DNA of 48,144 nt, from NCBI GenBank assembly GCA_964417865.1, contig CAYQJI010000002.1, forward strand, positions 238 through 48,381. The letters are read 5' to 3'. The first letter of the stretch is position 1. Every line of letters begins with the position of its first letter. Positions 17,233 to 26,393 of this stretch are shown one piece after another. Below the pieces are notes generated by a model. That model ran no database searches. It had not been told where the DNA came from and saw only the letters and a program-made list of their open reading frames with translations. This stretch comes from Candidatus Woesearchaeota archaeon (GTDB taxonomy: Archaea > Nanobdellota > Nanobdellia > Pacearchaeales > GW2011-AR1). Made by a program: the position numbers and the translations under genes.

Positions 17233-18423
17233 TTATAAACTTAATAATTTTATCTTTGTTCCTGTTGAAGAAAAACTTCTTGCAGCAATTACTTTTACAT
17301 TTCTTTGTTCACACGCAGTGATTATTGGTATTGTGGCTGTTCCGTCTATAATTATGATTGAGGGTTTTTCTTTCATTCTATTTATAGTTGTAGATACGGT
17401 TTTTGCAGAAATCTCTTTAATCTTGTTTAATGATTCGTCTAAAATTAATGCTTTTTTTGTATCTTTGATTTCTTTTCCTAATTCTTTAATTTTCTCTTTT
17501 AATTCTTGATTTACTTCAAATGTATTATCCCCTTTAATAGAAGTTTCTTTTTCGTATACTTTTTTGATATCTTCTTCATTTAATTTTTTTTCATTGGAAT
17601 TATTAAAAGAAGAAGAGAGGAATTCCTCTACAGGAATCCTCTTTCTTAAATTCATTAAAATCTCTTTACCTGTTAATTCTTCAACTTCTTTTCCGTCAGG
17701 AGCAAATGCTATATACTTTATTTTTGCATTTGCAATTACATTTTGAGCGATTAATTTTCCTCCTCTGTCACCATCAACAAAAAGAATAATATCTTTTTCT
17801 TTGCTTAATTCTTTTATTTCTTCTGGGAGTTTTGTTCCATTCATGCATATCACATTATTAACACCATTTCTAACTAAGTTTACAACATCTGCTCTTCCTT
17901 CAACTACAATTATCTCCTTTTCAGAGAGATCTCCATAAGGAAGTTTAGATTCGCCATATTCTTTGATTGTAGAAATTTTTGCAGAATCTTTAATCTCTGC
18001 TGAAATCTCTCTTGAATCTGTTTTGCCCTGAAGTTCTTGCATTAGCTTTTTTGCTCTTTCAATTATGTAATCTCTTTTACTCCCTCTTACATCTTCTATC
18101 TTTTCAACTGAAATTTGAGAATCACAAGGTCCTATTTTTTCAATTGTTTCAATAGCTGCTGCAATTAAAGTTGTTTCTGACTGATCAAGAGCAGTTGGTA
18201 TTTTTATAGTGCCAATAGTATTTTTCCCATCTCTTGTTAATTCAACTTCAATTCTTCCAATTTTTCCTTCCTTTTGAAGCTCCCTCATTTCTAAATCAGA
18301 CCCTAACAAACCTTCTGTTTGTCCAAATATTGCTCCAATTACATCTGGTTTTTCTAAAGCTCCTTCAGAGGAAAAATTAGCATGTATCATATATTTTATT
18401 GATACAGGACTTACTTTTGCCAT
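17233..18423 (-). CDS. dnaG: Archaeal DnaG (TOPRIM primase-like, exosome-associated)
   Basis: Conserved archaeal DnaG N-terminus (KYMIHANFSSEGALEKPDVIGAIFGQTEGLLG) and TOPRIM motifs (IVVEGRADVVNL ... LFVDGDRGG). Confidence 0.85.
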   Translation of the reverse strand: MAKVSPVSIKYMIHANFSSEGALEKPDVIGAIFGQTEGLLGSDLEMRELQKEGKIGRIEVELTRDGKNTIGTIKIPTALDQSETTLIAAAIETIEKIGPCDSQISVEKIEDVRGSKRDYIIERAKKLMQELQGKTDSREISAEIKDSAKISTIKEYGESKLPYGDLSEKEIIVVEGRADVVNLVRNGVNNVICMNGTKLPEEIKELSKEKDIILFVDGDRGGKLIAQNVIANAKIKYIAFAPDGKEVEELTGKEILMNLRKRIPVEEFLSSSFNNSNEKKLNEEDIKKVYEKETSIKGDNTFEVNQELKEKIKELGKEIKDTKKALILDESLNKIKEISAKTVSTTINRMKEKPSIIIIDGTATIPIITACEQRNVKVIAARSFSSTGTKIKLLSL

Positions 18424-18587
18424 TTTTTTAACTCCTTTAATTTAATTTTTTGAAATCTAAGATTTCAAGAATACCTATTACAACATTCATAAATTTTTAA
18501 CCTTTAAATATTGAATGTGAAATTGATTTAATTTTTATGAATAGTCGATATTAGATATTCTTCAAATAAATAAAAAAGAAACAATTT

Positions 18588-19154
18588 TTAAATCTTTCTT
18601 TCTAATTTTTTTTGTAATCTTATAAAATCTCCAACTTTCCCTAAATCTTTATACAAATATAACAATCTATTTTCTATTTCTTTTCGTTCATCTTCATTTA
18701 TATTTAATGTTAAAATTTTTTCATAAGTTTCAATTGCTTTGCTTTTTCTTTTTTGAGATTCATACATTAAAGCCTGTTCTTTATAAAAATTTTTTATATC
18801 TATCATTATTTTACTTCTTTCTTTTGGATTAATCTCTTCAATCATTCTTCTTAAAACAACATCAGCTTTATCAAAAAAACCAGATTTTATATAAAATTCT
18901 GTTTGTTTAACTAAAATATCTGCCCTTCCTTTATCATCACTTGTTAATTCAATAAGTCTTGAACAAGAGTCAGCAGCGTCGCAAAACATTTTCCTTCTTT
19001 CATAAACTTCAATTAATTTAGTTAAAAGAAATTTTTTTATATCTAAAGGAGGATTTTCTTTTAAGAATCTTGTAATATTATCTATCTTTACATAATCTCC
19101 TTCACGATCTAACTCTTTTTCAATCTCTAATTTTGTCATCTCTTTCTTTAACAT
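18588..19154 (-). CDS. Hypothetical all-helical (TPR-like) protein
   Basis: 188-aa ORF with repeated helix-pair-like segments (A/Y/L periodicity). No catalytic motif. Confidence 0.4.
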   Translation of the reverse strand: MLKKEMTKLEIEKELDREGDYVKIDNITRFLKENPPLDIKKFLLTKLIEVYERRKMFCDAADSCSRLIELTSDDKGRADILVKQTEFYIKSGFFDKADVVLRRMIEEINPKERSKIMIDIKNFYKEQALMYESQKRKSKAIETYEKILTLNINEDERKEIENRLLYLYKDLGKVGDFIRLQKKLERKI

Positions 19155-19247
19155 ATACTCTCCAATAAGTTTCTGTTTTTAAGTATTTCTGTTATTTACT
19201 CTTTATTCCTTATTTTTTATTGTATATTAAAAGTTTTAAATTAAAAA

Positions 19248-19790
19248 TCAATTCTCTTTTAAAAGAAATTCCTTTAGTTTAATAAGTGCAATTTTTCTCA
19301 TGCTTATTTTATTTTTTTCTTCATTAGTCAACTCAGCGAAACTTTTTAAATAACCTTCTGGAATAAAAATAGAATCCCAACCAAATCCAAATTTTCCCCT
19401 AGGAGGAACAATTTTACCTTTTATAGATCCTTCAAAATAGTATATCTCATTCTTATTTTTTGCATATCCTATAATTGTCTTTGCTTCTGCTTTGTAATTA
19501 TCAAATTTTTTAGTAATTTCAAAAAGACCTTTGTTCCCTAATTTTTTCATGAACCATTTTATTAAGGGACCAGGTAAACCATTAAGACAATCAAAATATA
19601 AAGAAGTATCTTCAACAATCAATTCAGATTCCTTATATTTTAATCCTTCTAAAAGTTTTGCTTTAATAATTTCTCTTGCATTATTCTCTTGAATCTCTGG
19701 TAGATCTATTTCTAATTGTTCAATTTCTGGAAGTATTTTTTTAAATTCATTAAACTTATTCTTATTGCCAGTGATAAAATAAATTACCAT
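19248..19790 (-). CDS. Non-canonical purine NTP pyrophosphatase (ITPase, HAM1/RdgB family)
   Basis: FITGNKNKFNEF, EDTSL, LNGLPGPLIKWF and FGWDSIF...EEKNKISMR motifs. The ATG at 19788..19790 (MVIYFITGNKNK) is preferred over the TTG at 19826 used by the track. Confidence 0.8.
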   Translation of the reverse strand: MVIYFITGNKNKFNEFKKILPEIEQLEIDLPEIQENNAREIIKAKLLEGLKYKESELIVEDTSLYFDCLNGLPGPLIKWFMKKLGNKGLFEITKKFDNYKAEAKTIIGYAKNKNEIYYFEGSIKGKIVPPRGKFGFGWDSIFIPEGYLKSFAELTNEEKNKISMRKIALIKLKEFLLKEN

Positions 19791-19847
19791 ATTTATCCTA
19801 AAAATTAATATAAAATGATTTAACAAGATAAAAACTATTAACAGAAT

Positions 19848-21137
19848 TTAGAATTGTTTTTGCTTTGTAATTTCAACACACATACCTGCTGCAACTGTTT
19901 GTCCAGCATCTCTTACTGCAAATCTAGCCATATAAGGATTTTCTTTTTGTGTTTCTAAACATAAATTTCCCTGAGGCTGTATTCTTACTTTAGCAACATC
20001 TCCATTCTTCAAGAAATCAGGATTTGTTTTCATTACTTGTCCTGTTCTTGGATCAATTTGTTCTATTAATTCGACAAATTTACAAGGAACTTGAGCTGTG
20101 TGAACATGGAATACAGGAGTATATCCTTTAGCCAAAACAGTTGGGTGATTTATAACAGCAATTTGTGCTACAAACTCTTCAACAACAGGGACTGGTTTTG
20201 ATGCATCACAAATAACATCTCCTCTTGCAATATCTTTTTTACCAATACCTCTAATATTAACGCCAACATTATCTCCTGCTAAAGCTTCTGGTAAAGATTC
20301 ATGATGCATTTCTACTGATTTTATTTCTCCTAATGCCCCTTTTCCTGTTCTGCCAGGAAGTACTATTACCTTTTGATTTGGTTTCATAATTCCTGTTTCT
20401 ATTTTTCCAACAGGAACAGTTCCAATTCCAGTAATTTCATAAACATCTTGAACAGGCATTCTTAATGGTAAGTTTGTTGGTAATTCTGGTTGTGGGAATA
20501 AATCAAATTGTTCCATTAATGTTGGTCCATTATACCAAGGCATATTTGTAGATTTCTTTGCAACATTATCCCCCTTTTGTCCAGAACCTGCAATAAAATT
20601 AACTTTTTCTAATTTGTAACCTACTGTCTTTAATAATGCAGAAGCTTCTTCTTTAATTTTTTCAAATTTAGATTGATCATAATTAACAGCATCCATTTTA
20701 TTAATCCATACGCAAATATTTTGAACACCCATTGTTCTTAAAAGCCATAAATGTTCTTTTGTTTGTGGTTCAATTCCTGTAGTAGCAGCAACTACTAAGA
20801 AAGCAGCATCAGCTTGACTTGCACCTGTAATCATATTCTTAACAAAGTCTCTATGTCCAGGAGCATCAATAATTGTAATCTGATATTTTTGAGTCATAAT
20901 CTTTTTATAAGCTAAATCAATTGTAACTCCTCTTTCTCTTTCTTCTTTAATCTTATCCATAACATAAGCAAATTCAAATCCAGCTTTTCCATTTTTTTCA
21001 GCTTCTTCTTTCAATTTTTTCATTTCTTGTTCAGAAACAGCTCCAGAATCGAACATTAATCTTCCAACTGTTGTTGATTTTCCTGCATCAACATGTCCTA
21101 CGAAGATAACATTCATGTTTGGTTTTTCTTTTGCCAT
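19848..21137 (-). CDS. tuf: Translation elongation factor 1-alpha (aEF-1A)
   Basis: GHVDAGKST, DAPGHRDF and NKMD GTPase motifs, with archaeal/eukaryal-type domains II and III. Confidence 0.95.
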   Translation of the reverse strand: MAKEKPNMNVIFVGHVDAGKSTTVGRLMFDSGAVSEQEMKKLKEEAEKNGKAGFEFAYVMDKIKEERERGVTIDLAYKKIMTQKYQITIIDAPGHRDFVKNMITGASQADAAFLVVAATTGIEPQTKEHLWLLRTMGVQNICVWINKMDAVNYDQSKFEKIKEEASALLKTVGYKLEKVNFIAGSGQKGDNVAKKSTNMPWYNGPTLMEQFDLFPQPELPTNLPLRMPVQDVYEITGIGTVPVGKIETGIMKPNQKVIVLPGRTGKGALGEIKSVEMHHESLPEALAGDNVGVNIRGIGKKDIARGDVICDASKPVPVVEEFVAQIAVINHPTVLAKGYTPVFHVHTAQVPCKFVELIEQIDPRTGQVMKTNPDFLKNGDVAKVRIQPQGNLCLETQKENPYMARFAVRDAGQTVAAGMCVEITKQKQF

Positions 21138-21337
21138 AGATTAGTTAAAAAATTTAGGTTTAAAAATGTTTCTATTTTTGTCAGGATATCGTCGAAATTT
21201 TCATTGAATCAATTAAAAATTTGGTTTAAATAAAAATCTTTTCAATTAATACATCGTAAAAACTTTAAGAATACGCTCTAATAATTCATTCTTTTGACAA
21301 AAATAAATTTTAAATATCATAAAAATTCTAATCAATT

Positions 21338-21662
21338 ATGGATGTAAATGAAGAGATTGTAAAAGAAGGTTGCATATTCATAAGAAACAATTTACCTTAG
21401 AAAACATAAGATTTAAAGTGTATGGTTCAAAAGGAGGCAGTAATTATAGTGATATTGATATTTTAACTGTAGATAAAGACGAAAATTTTTATGATTACAA
21501 GATTAAATGATGTTTAGTTTATTTTCTTAATATAAAAGACAAAAGGGGATTGATACTTTTATAAATCAGATTATTAGAGAAGAAAGAAATACAAAAATAG
21601 AAGAGATAACTGGAAATAAACCTTACAAACACATTTTTGTTATAACTAAACAGTTTTTTTAA
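21338..21662 (+). pseudogene. Possible decayed small PD-(D/E)xK (Hjc-like) nuclease gene, split over three frames
   Basis: Three fragments: MDVNEEIVKEG.. (21338..21400); ..IRFKVYGSKGGSNYSDIDILTVDKDENFYDYKIK* (21352..21510; a G-S...D-h-h-h...D/E-x-K pattern); and ..GIDTFINQIIREERNTKIEEITGNKPYKHIFVITKQFF* (21531..21662). They lie in a 600-nt spacer, which is unusually long for this window. Confidence 0.25.
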
Positions 21663-21735
21663 AAAGGAAAAACTAAACTGGAATTAATTAAACAGAATTT
21701 AATAAAAAGAATAAAAGTAAACCTTATTTTTTTAT

Positions 21736-23925
21736 TTATTGATTTTCTGCAAGACCCTTTCTTTCTCTTATTCTCCTAATTACTTCTGGAGTCATAGATG
21801 CAGGAACTTTTTCAAACATTTGATCTGCAAGAGAAGAAACACCCCTCCCTTCTGTTGCACTTCTTAAATCATTACTCCAACCAATCATCTCTGATACAGG
21901 TATTTTTGCTTTAACTTGAGTTTCAGATTCTTCTTGTTTAACTTCAATTAATTGTCCTCTTTTTCCTCCGACTAATCTTGTTATTGCATTCAAAAATTTA
22001 TCAGGAATCTCTATTAAATGTACTTGAACAGGTTCTAATAAACATGCATCGGCTTGTTTCATTGCTTCTTCAATAGCCTCTCTAACAGCAGGATAAACTT
22101 GAGCAGGACCTCTATGAATTGCATCTTCATGAAGTCTTATATCTACAAGAGAAACTTTCATCTTTATACAAGATTCTCTTGCTAATGGCCCTCTATCCAT
22201 AACCATCTCGAATGCATCTAAAACCATCTCAATTACTTCCCCAATATGAACTTCCCCTTTTGTTTTATCAAAGAAAACATTTCCTTTGTAGATATCCCTT
22301 ATGCATCTTACTGTTTCGTTATCCCAATTAAATCTTGAAAATTTATCTGATAATTCTTGACTTTTCTTTTTTACTCTTCCTTCTGGAATCTCTCCATTAT
22401 TTATTGCTTCATAAACATCGTCTTCTAAAGGTTCAACTTCTATGAAAAAACTATTGTGTTTATTTGGACTTCTTCCCTCTACTTCAGGAGAAACTTTGTT
22501 AACAGTTTCCCTATAAACTACTATTGGTTGAGAAGTTTTAACATCTAATCCTTTTTCTGTTTTAATTCTATTTTCAATTATTTCCAAGTGTAATTCTCCC
22601 ATTCCTGAAATTAAACTTTCTCCTGTCTGTTCATTAATATCTACTTTAACAGAAGGATCTTCTTTTGCAACTTGTTTTAAGATTTCAATTAATTTTGGAA
22701 GGTCCATCATTTTTTTAACTTCAATAGATTTCGTAACTACAGGTTCAAAAATATGTTTTAACTCTTCAAATGGAGTTTCTTGTTCTAATGTTACTGTCTC
22801 ACCTGCTTCTCCTGTTACACCTGAAATTGCAATAACATTCCCACAACCAATTTCCTCTATCTGTTCTGGTTTTATTCCATTATAAATAAAAATTTGTTGA
22901 ACTTTTTGTTTTTTATTTGCTAAATTTAAATATACTTCCATACCATTTTTGACTGTTCCAGAAAATAATCTTCCTGCTGAAATTTCTTTTCCTGATCTTG
23001 GATCAATTACAATTCTTGTGATTACAAAAGCTAATTTTCCATTAGGGTTACAAGAAATTAAATCTTTTCCAAGTTCACTTTCTAAATCCCCTTTCCAAAT
23101 TTTTGGAATTCTATATTTTTGAGCTTCTAATGGATCAGGAAGATGTTTAACTGCCATATCTAACAAAACTTCATATAAAGGAGCATTTTTCCAAACCCAA
23201 TTCTTTCTATCCTCTTCATTCATTTCTACTAAAGTAAAAATATCTTTGAAATTGATTCCTCTCTTTTTCATAAAAGGGACAGATAAAGCCCAATTTTCTT
23301 TAGCACTTCCAAAAGCAACGCTTCCATCATTAATATTTACGAGCCATTTTTCTTTAAATTCTGGTTCAGCAATTTTTACAATTAAATCATTAAATTCTTT
23401 TATTATTTTTACAAATCTTTCTTGCATACTTTCAGGAGTTAATTTCATCTCTTTTATCAATCTATCAACTTTGTTAATAAATAAAACAGGTTTTACTCTC
23501 TCTCTTAATGCTTGTTTAATTACTGTTTCTGTTTGAGGCATTATTCCTTCAACAGCACAAACAAGAACAATTGTTCCATCAATAGCCCTCATCGCTCTTG
23601 TAACATTCCCAGAAAAATCAACATGTCCAGGAGTATCAATTAGATTAATTAAATATTCTTCCCCTTGATATTCATGGACCATTGAAACATTTGCTGCGTC
23701 TACTGTCATTAATCTTTCTTGTTCATCAGAATGTTGCCATGTTGCCATTCCTCCTTCTAAATCTCCTGCATTTTTTGCAGCCATATAACCAGAAGCAGCT
23801 AATAAATTATCAGTTAAAGCAGTTTTTCCGTGATGAATATGTGCGCTTGTTGCAATATTCCTAATATTCTTTTGACTTTTTGAAATTCTTTGTATCTTTT
23901 GAAATTGTGTTTCTTTTTCTGCCAT
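21736..23925 (-). CDS. fusA: Translation elongation factor 2 (aEF-2)
   Basis: AHIHHGKT, DTPGHVDF and NKVDR motifs, plus the diphthamide-site motif HEDAIHRGPAQV. Confidence 0.95.
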   Translation of the reverse strand: MAEKETQFQKIQRISKSQKNIRNIATSAHIHHGKTALTDNLLAASGYMAAKNAGDLEGGMATWQHSDEQERLMTVDAANVSMVHEYQGEEYLINLIDTPGHVDFSGNVTRAMRAIDGTIVLVCAVEGIMPQTETVIKQALRERVKPVLFINKVDRLIKEMKLTPESMQERFVKIIKEFNDLIVKIAEPEFKEKWLVNINDGSVAFGSAKENWALSVPFMKKRGINFKDIFTLVEMNEEDRKNWVWKNAPLYEVLLDMAVKHLPDPLEAQKYRIPKIWKGDLESELGKDLISCNPNGKLAFVITRIVIDPRSGKEISAGRLFSGTVKNGMEVYLNLANKKQKVQQIFIYNGIKPEQIEEIGCGNVIAISGVTGEAGETVTLEQETPFEELKHIFEPVVTKSIEVKKMMDLPKLIEILKQVAKEDPSVKVDINEQTGESLISGMGELHLEIIENRIKTEKGLDVKTSQPIVVYRETVNKVSPEVEGRSPNKHNSFFIEVEPLEDDVYEAINNGEIPEGRVKKKSQELSDKFSRFNWDNETVRCIRDIYKGNVFFDKTKGEVHIGEVIEMVLDAFEMVMDRGPLARESCIKMKVSLVDIRLHEDAIHRGPAQVYPAVREAIEEAMKQADACLLEPVQVHLIEIPDKFLNAITRLVGGKRGQLIEVKQEESETQVKAKIPVSEMIGWSNDLRSATEGRGVSSLADQMFEKVPASMTPEVIRRIRERKGLAENQ

Positions 23926-24127
23926 CTTTGAAATATTAAATTTTAAGAATATTTATTGAAACAAAAATTGGTTTTTAAATGTTTTTGATTTTTTAAGATT
24001 TTCATGTTTTTTAGTTTAATAAGTCCTATTAGATAATCTTTATTTTTGTAAATTGATAAAAATTTATTAAGAAATTAATAGAAAATAAAATAAAAAAATT
24101 TAAATACACCTTAAAAATAGTAACAAT

Positions 24128-24820
24128 ATGCTTAATAAAAAAATTGATAAAAAAATTTTAGCATTTGATTTTGATGGAACAATAGCAGATACAAAAGGAC
24201 TCTTTTTAGATTCCTTGATAGAACTTCAAAAAAAATACTCAATCCTAAAAAAACCAATTGAGAGAGAATACCTAGACTTATTGATAAGCGAAGGAAAACT
24301 TAAGGATTGCTTAAGAGAATTAAAAATTCCAATTTCAAAAATTCCTTCTTTTTTTAAAGAATTTAGAAATTATTTTCAGTCAAACATAAACTCTTGTCCG
24401 TTATGTGATGGAATAAAAGAAACCTTAGATAATTTATATAAAAATGATAATTATAAATTTTTAATAATTTCTTCTAATAAAAAGGAAAGTATCGAAGACT
24501 ATATAAAAAATAAAAAAATTGGTACTTTATTTTCAGATGTATATTCAGATAATTTTTCTTTTAAGAAACATAGGGTTATTAGGAAATCAATTGAAAATGA
24601 ATTATTGGATTCAGATAATATAAAAATGATATACTTTGGGGATGAAATTAGAGATATAAATGCTTGTAAAAAATGTAACCCTTATTATGATTATGGCTTA
24701 TTGGTTGTTAGTGTAACTTGGGGTTATCAAAATAAAAAAGTCTTAAAAGATAATAATCCAGATTTTATAATTGATAAACCAAAGGATATAGAAAATTTAT
24801 TAGCGTTTATTGAATTTTGA
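24128..24820 (+). CDS. HAD-superfamily hydrolase (phosphatase, PGP/beta-PGM-like subfamily)
   Basis: Motif I FDFDGTIADT, motif II ISSNK, and a C-terminal GDEIRDI acidic motif. Confidence 0.7.
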   Translation: MLNKKIDKKILAFDFDGTIADTKGLFLDSLIELQKKYSILKKPIEREYLDLLISEGKLKDCLRELKIPISKIPSFFKEFRNYFQSNINSCPLCDGIKETLDNLYKNDNYKFLIISSNKKESIEDYIKNKKIGTLFSDVYSDNFSFKKHRVIRKSIENELLDSDNIKMIYFGDEIRDINACKKCNPYYDYGLLVVSVTWGYQNKKVLKDNNPDFIIDKPKDIENLLAFIEF

Positions 24821-24857
24821 TCTATTAAAAATTTTTTAGATATCTTAAAAATTACTT

Positions 24858-25469
24858 TTATCTTGCAGAATCCGCCTGTTTTTCAGATTCATTCTTTTTC
24901 TTTAAACAAAAACTTTCTCCATTGTTTTCATAAGCTAAAACTATTTCTTCTGCAATTGCTTCTGCAAAAGTTTTTTTCTTATTAAACGCTTTATCTGACG
25001 CTCCTTGAACAATCCATCTAATAACAAGATTTACTCTTCTTAATGGAGAAACATCAACTGCTTGAGGGTATCTTGCTCCCCCGTATTCTATTACAGTAGT
25101 TTCATCTCTTGGAGCTGAATTTTCTATAGCTCTAACAAAAACCTCTACAGGATTTTTTTGTGTTTTTTTCTCTATTAATTTAAAAGCTTCTAAAACAATT
25201 TTTGCATTTTTAGAATATTTGCCTGTAGAATTTCCTTTAATTAATTTATGTTTTTTTCCACGATGGCCTGCAACACCAACTCTATTAATTAATCTTTCAA
25301 CGATATTAATTTTTATTTGCCCAAATTTTTGAACATTTCTACCATTACTTTTCAAAATTAATCTTGGTTCTAAATTTATAGCGGACTTTAAACCAAGTTC
25401 ATTAACTTTTATCTCATTTATATCATATAAATCAAATACTTTAAAATTATAACTATTTTTTTCTGTCAT
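24858..25469 (-). CDS. rps7: 30S ribosomal protein S7 (uS7)
   Basis: Conserved IVERLINRV..., AIENSAPRDETT and GGARYPQAVDVSP motifs, positioned after S12. Confidence 0.9.
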   Translation of the reverse strand: MTEKNSYNFKVFDLYDINEIKVNELGLKSAINLEPRLILKSNGRNVQKFGQIKINIVERLINRVGVAGHRGKKHKLIKGNSTGKYSKNAKIVLEAFKLIEKKTQKNPVEVFVRAIENSAPRDETTVIEYGGARYPQAVDVSPLRRVNLVIRWIVQGASDKAFNKKKTFAEAIAEEIVLAYENNGESFCLKKKNESEKQADSAR

Positions 25470-25470
25470 T

Positions 25471-25893
25471 TTATCTTCTTCCTTTTTCTATTTTACCTTT
25501 AACTAATAAATGAAGAGGCTGATCATTTACTTGAATAACTTGAAATCTTACACCAGGAATATCCCCTTTACTTCTTCCTTGTTTTCCCCCTATTCTTTGC
25601 ACTAAAACTTCATCATGTTCTTCTATAAATTTTTGGGCTAAATTTCCAGGGATAAAAGCAGTTATTGATCTTCCATTCTTTTTTAATTGAACTTTACAAC
25701 ATTTTCTCATTGCGGAATTTGGCTGTTTTGCTTCTTTTTGTACTTTTTGTAAAACTATCCCTTTTGCTTGATTTTTCCCCTCTAATGGATCTGATTTTTC
25801 ATATAGATTTAATTTTTTTGCGATATAATTTTTATCTTTCCATCTATCTTTTCTTCTTTTTTCTCCTATTTTTTTTGCATTATTTAATCCCAT
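25471..25893 (-). CDS. rps12: 30S ribosomal protein S12 (uS12)
   Basis: [24 protein letters not shown] and [14 protein letters not shown] motifs. Confidence 0.9.
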   Translation of the reverse strand: MGLNNAKKIGEKRRKDRWKDKNYIAKKLNLYEKSDPLEGKNQAKGIVLQKVQKEAKQPNSAMRKCCKVQLKKNGRSITAFIPGNLAQKFIEEHDEVLVQRIGGKQGRSKGDIPGVRFQVIQVNDQPLHLLVKGKIEKGRR

Positions 25894-25939
25894 GTTAAAT
25901 ATTGATAACCGAGTTTATTTATAAAACTTTCCGAATTAT

Positions 25940-26359
25940 TTATAAAATTTTTAATTCTTTATTAAAATATTCTTTTACTGCTTTTTGAAGTTCGAATAAT
26001 CTTTTTTTCTCTCTTCCCATTAAGGTTGCTTTATTTTGAATATTACTTGAGTTTATTATTACTTCATCTTTTTTTACTTCTATACTTTTAAATGTCAAAG
26101 GTTTTATTATATCTTCTATGAAAAATTTTATATCTCCATTCCCTCTTGGAATTGGGATTACTCTAATTCTTTTATTTAAAATTTCACTCATCTTCTTGAT
26201 ATTCTTCCCATTTTCTCCGAGAGATTTTTTTACAAGACTTTTTGGAACACAAAAGATTAAAGTTCCATTATAATGAATACAAAATCGAGTATTTATCTTA
26301 GTTATCTGGCTAAACAAATTAAGATGCCTTATATCTTGCATATCAAGTGTATTATTCAT
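25940..26359 (-). CDS. nusA: Archaeal NusA-like KH-domain transcription termination/antitermination factor
   Basis: About 140 aa with two KH-like segments (GENGKNIKKMSEILNKRIRVI). It sits at the canonical position between rpoA and S12. Confidence 0.75.
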   Translation of the reverse strand: MNNTLDMQDIRHLNLFSQITKINTRFCIHYNGTLIFCVPKSLVKKSLGENGKNIKKMSEILNKRIRVIPIPRGNGDIKFFIEDIIKPLTFKSIEVKKDEVIINSSNIQNKATLMGREKKRLFELQKAVKEYFNKELKIL

Positions 26360-26393
26360 ATGTAATCTTCTCAGAATTATTTATTTTATAAAT

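Noticed and set aside
18450-18468. Perfect 8-bp hairpin TTGAAATC-TAA-GATTTCAA between the TPR-like gene and dnaG
   Set aside because: It is a short AT-only stem in AT-rich DNA and could be chance. Archaeal termination relies mainly on oligo-T rather than hairpins, so there is no basis for a specific call.
24128-24820. Interpreting the HAD hydrolase as a phosphoglycolate phosphatase functionally linked to the RuBisCO 20 kb away
   Set aside because: HAD motifs alone do not define substrate. The genes are not neighbours, and nothing in the sequence supports the link.
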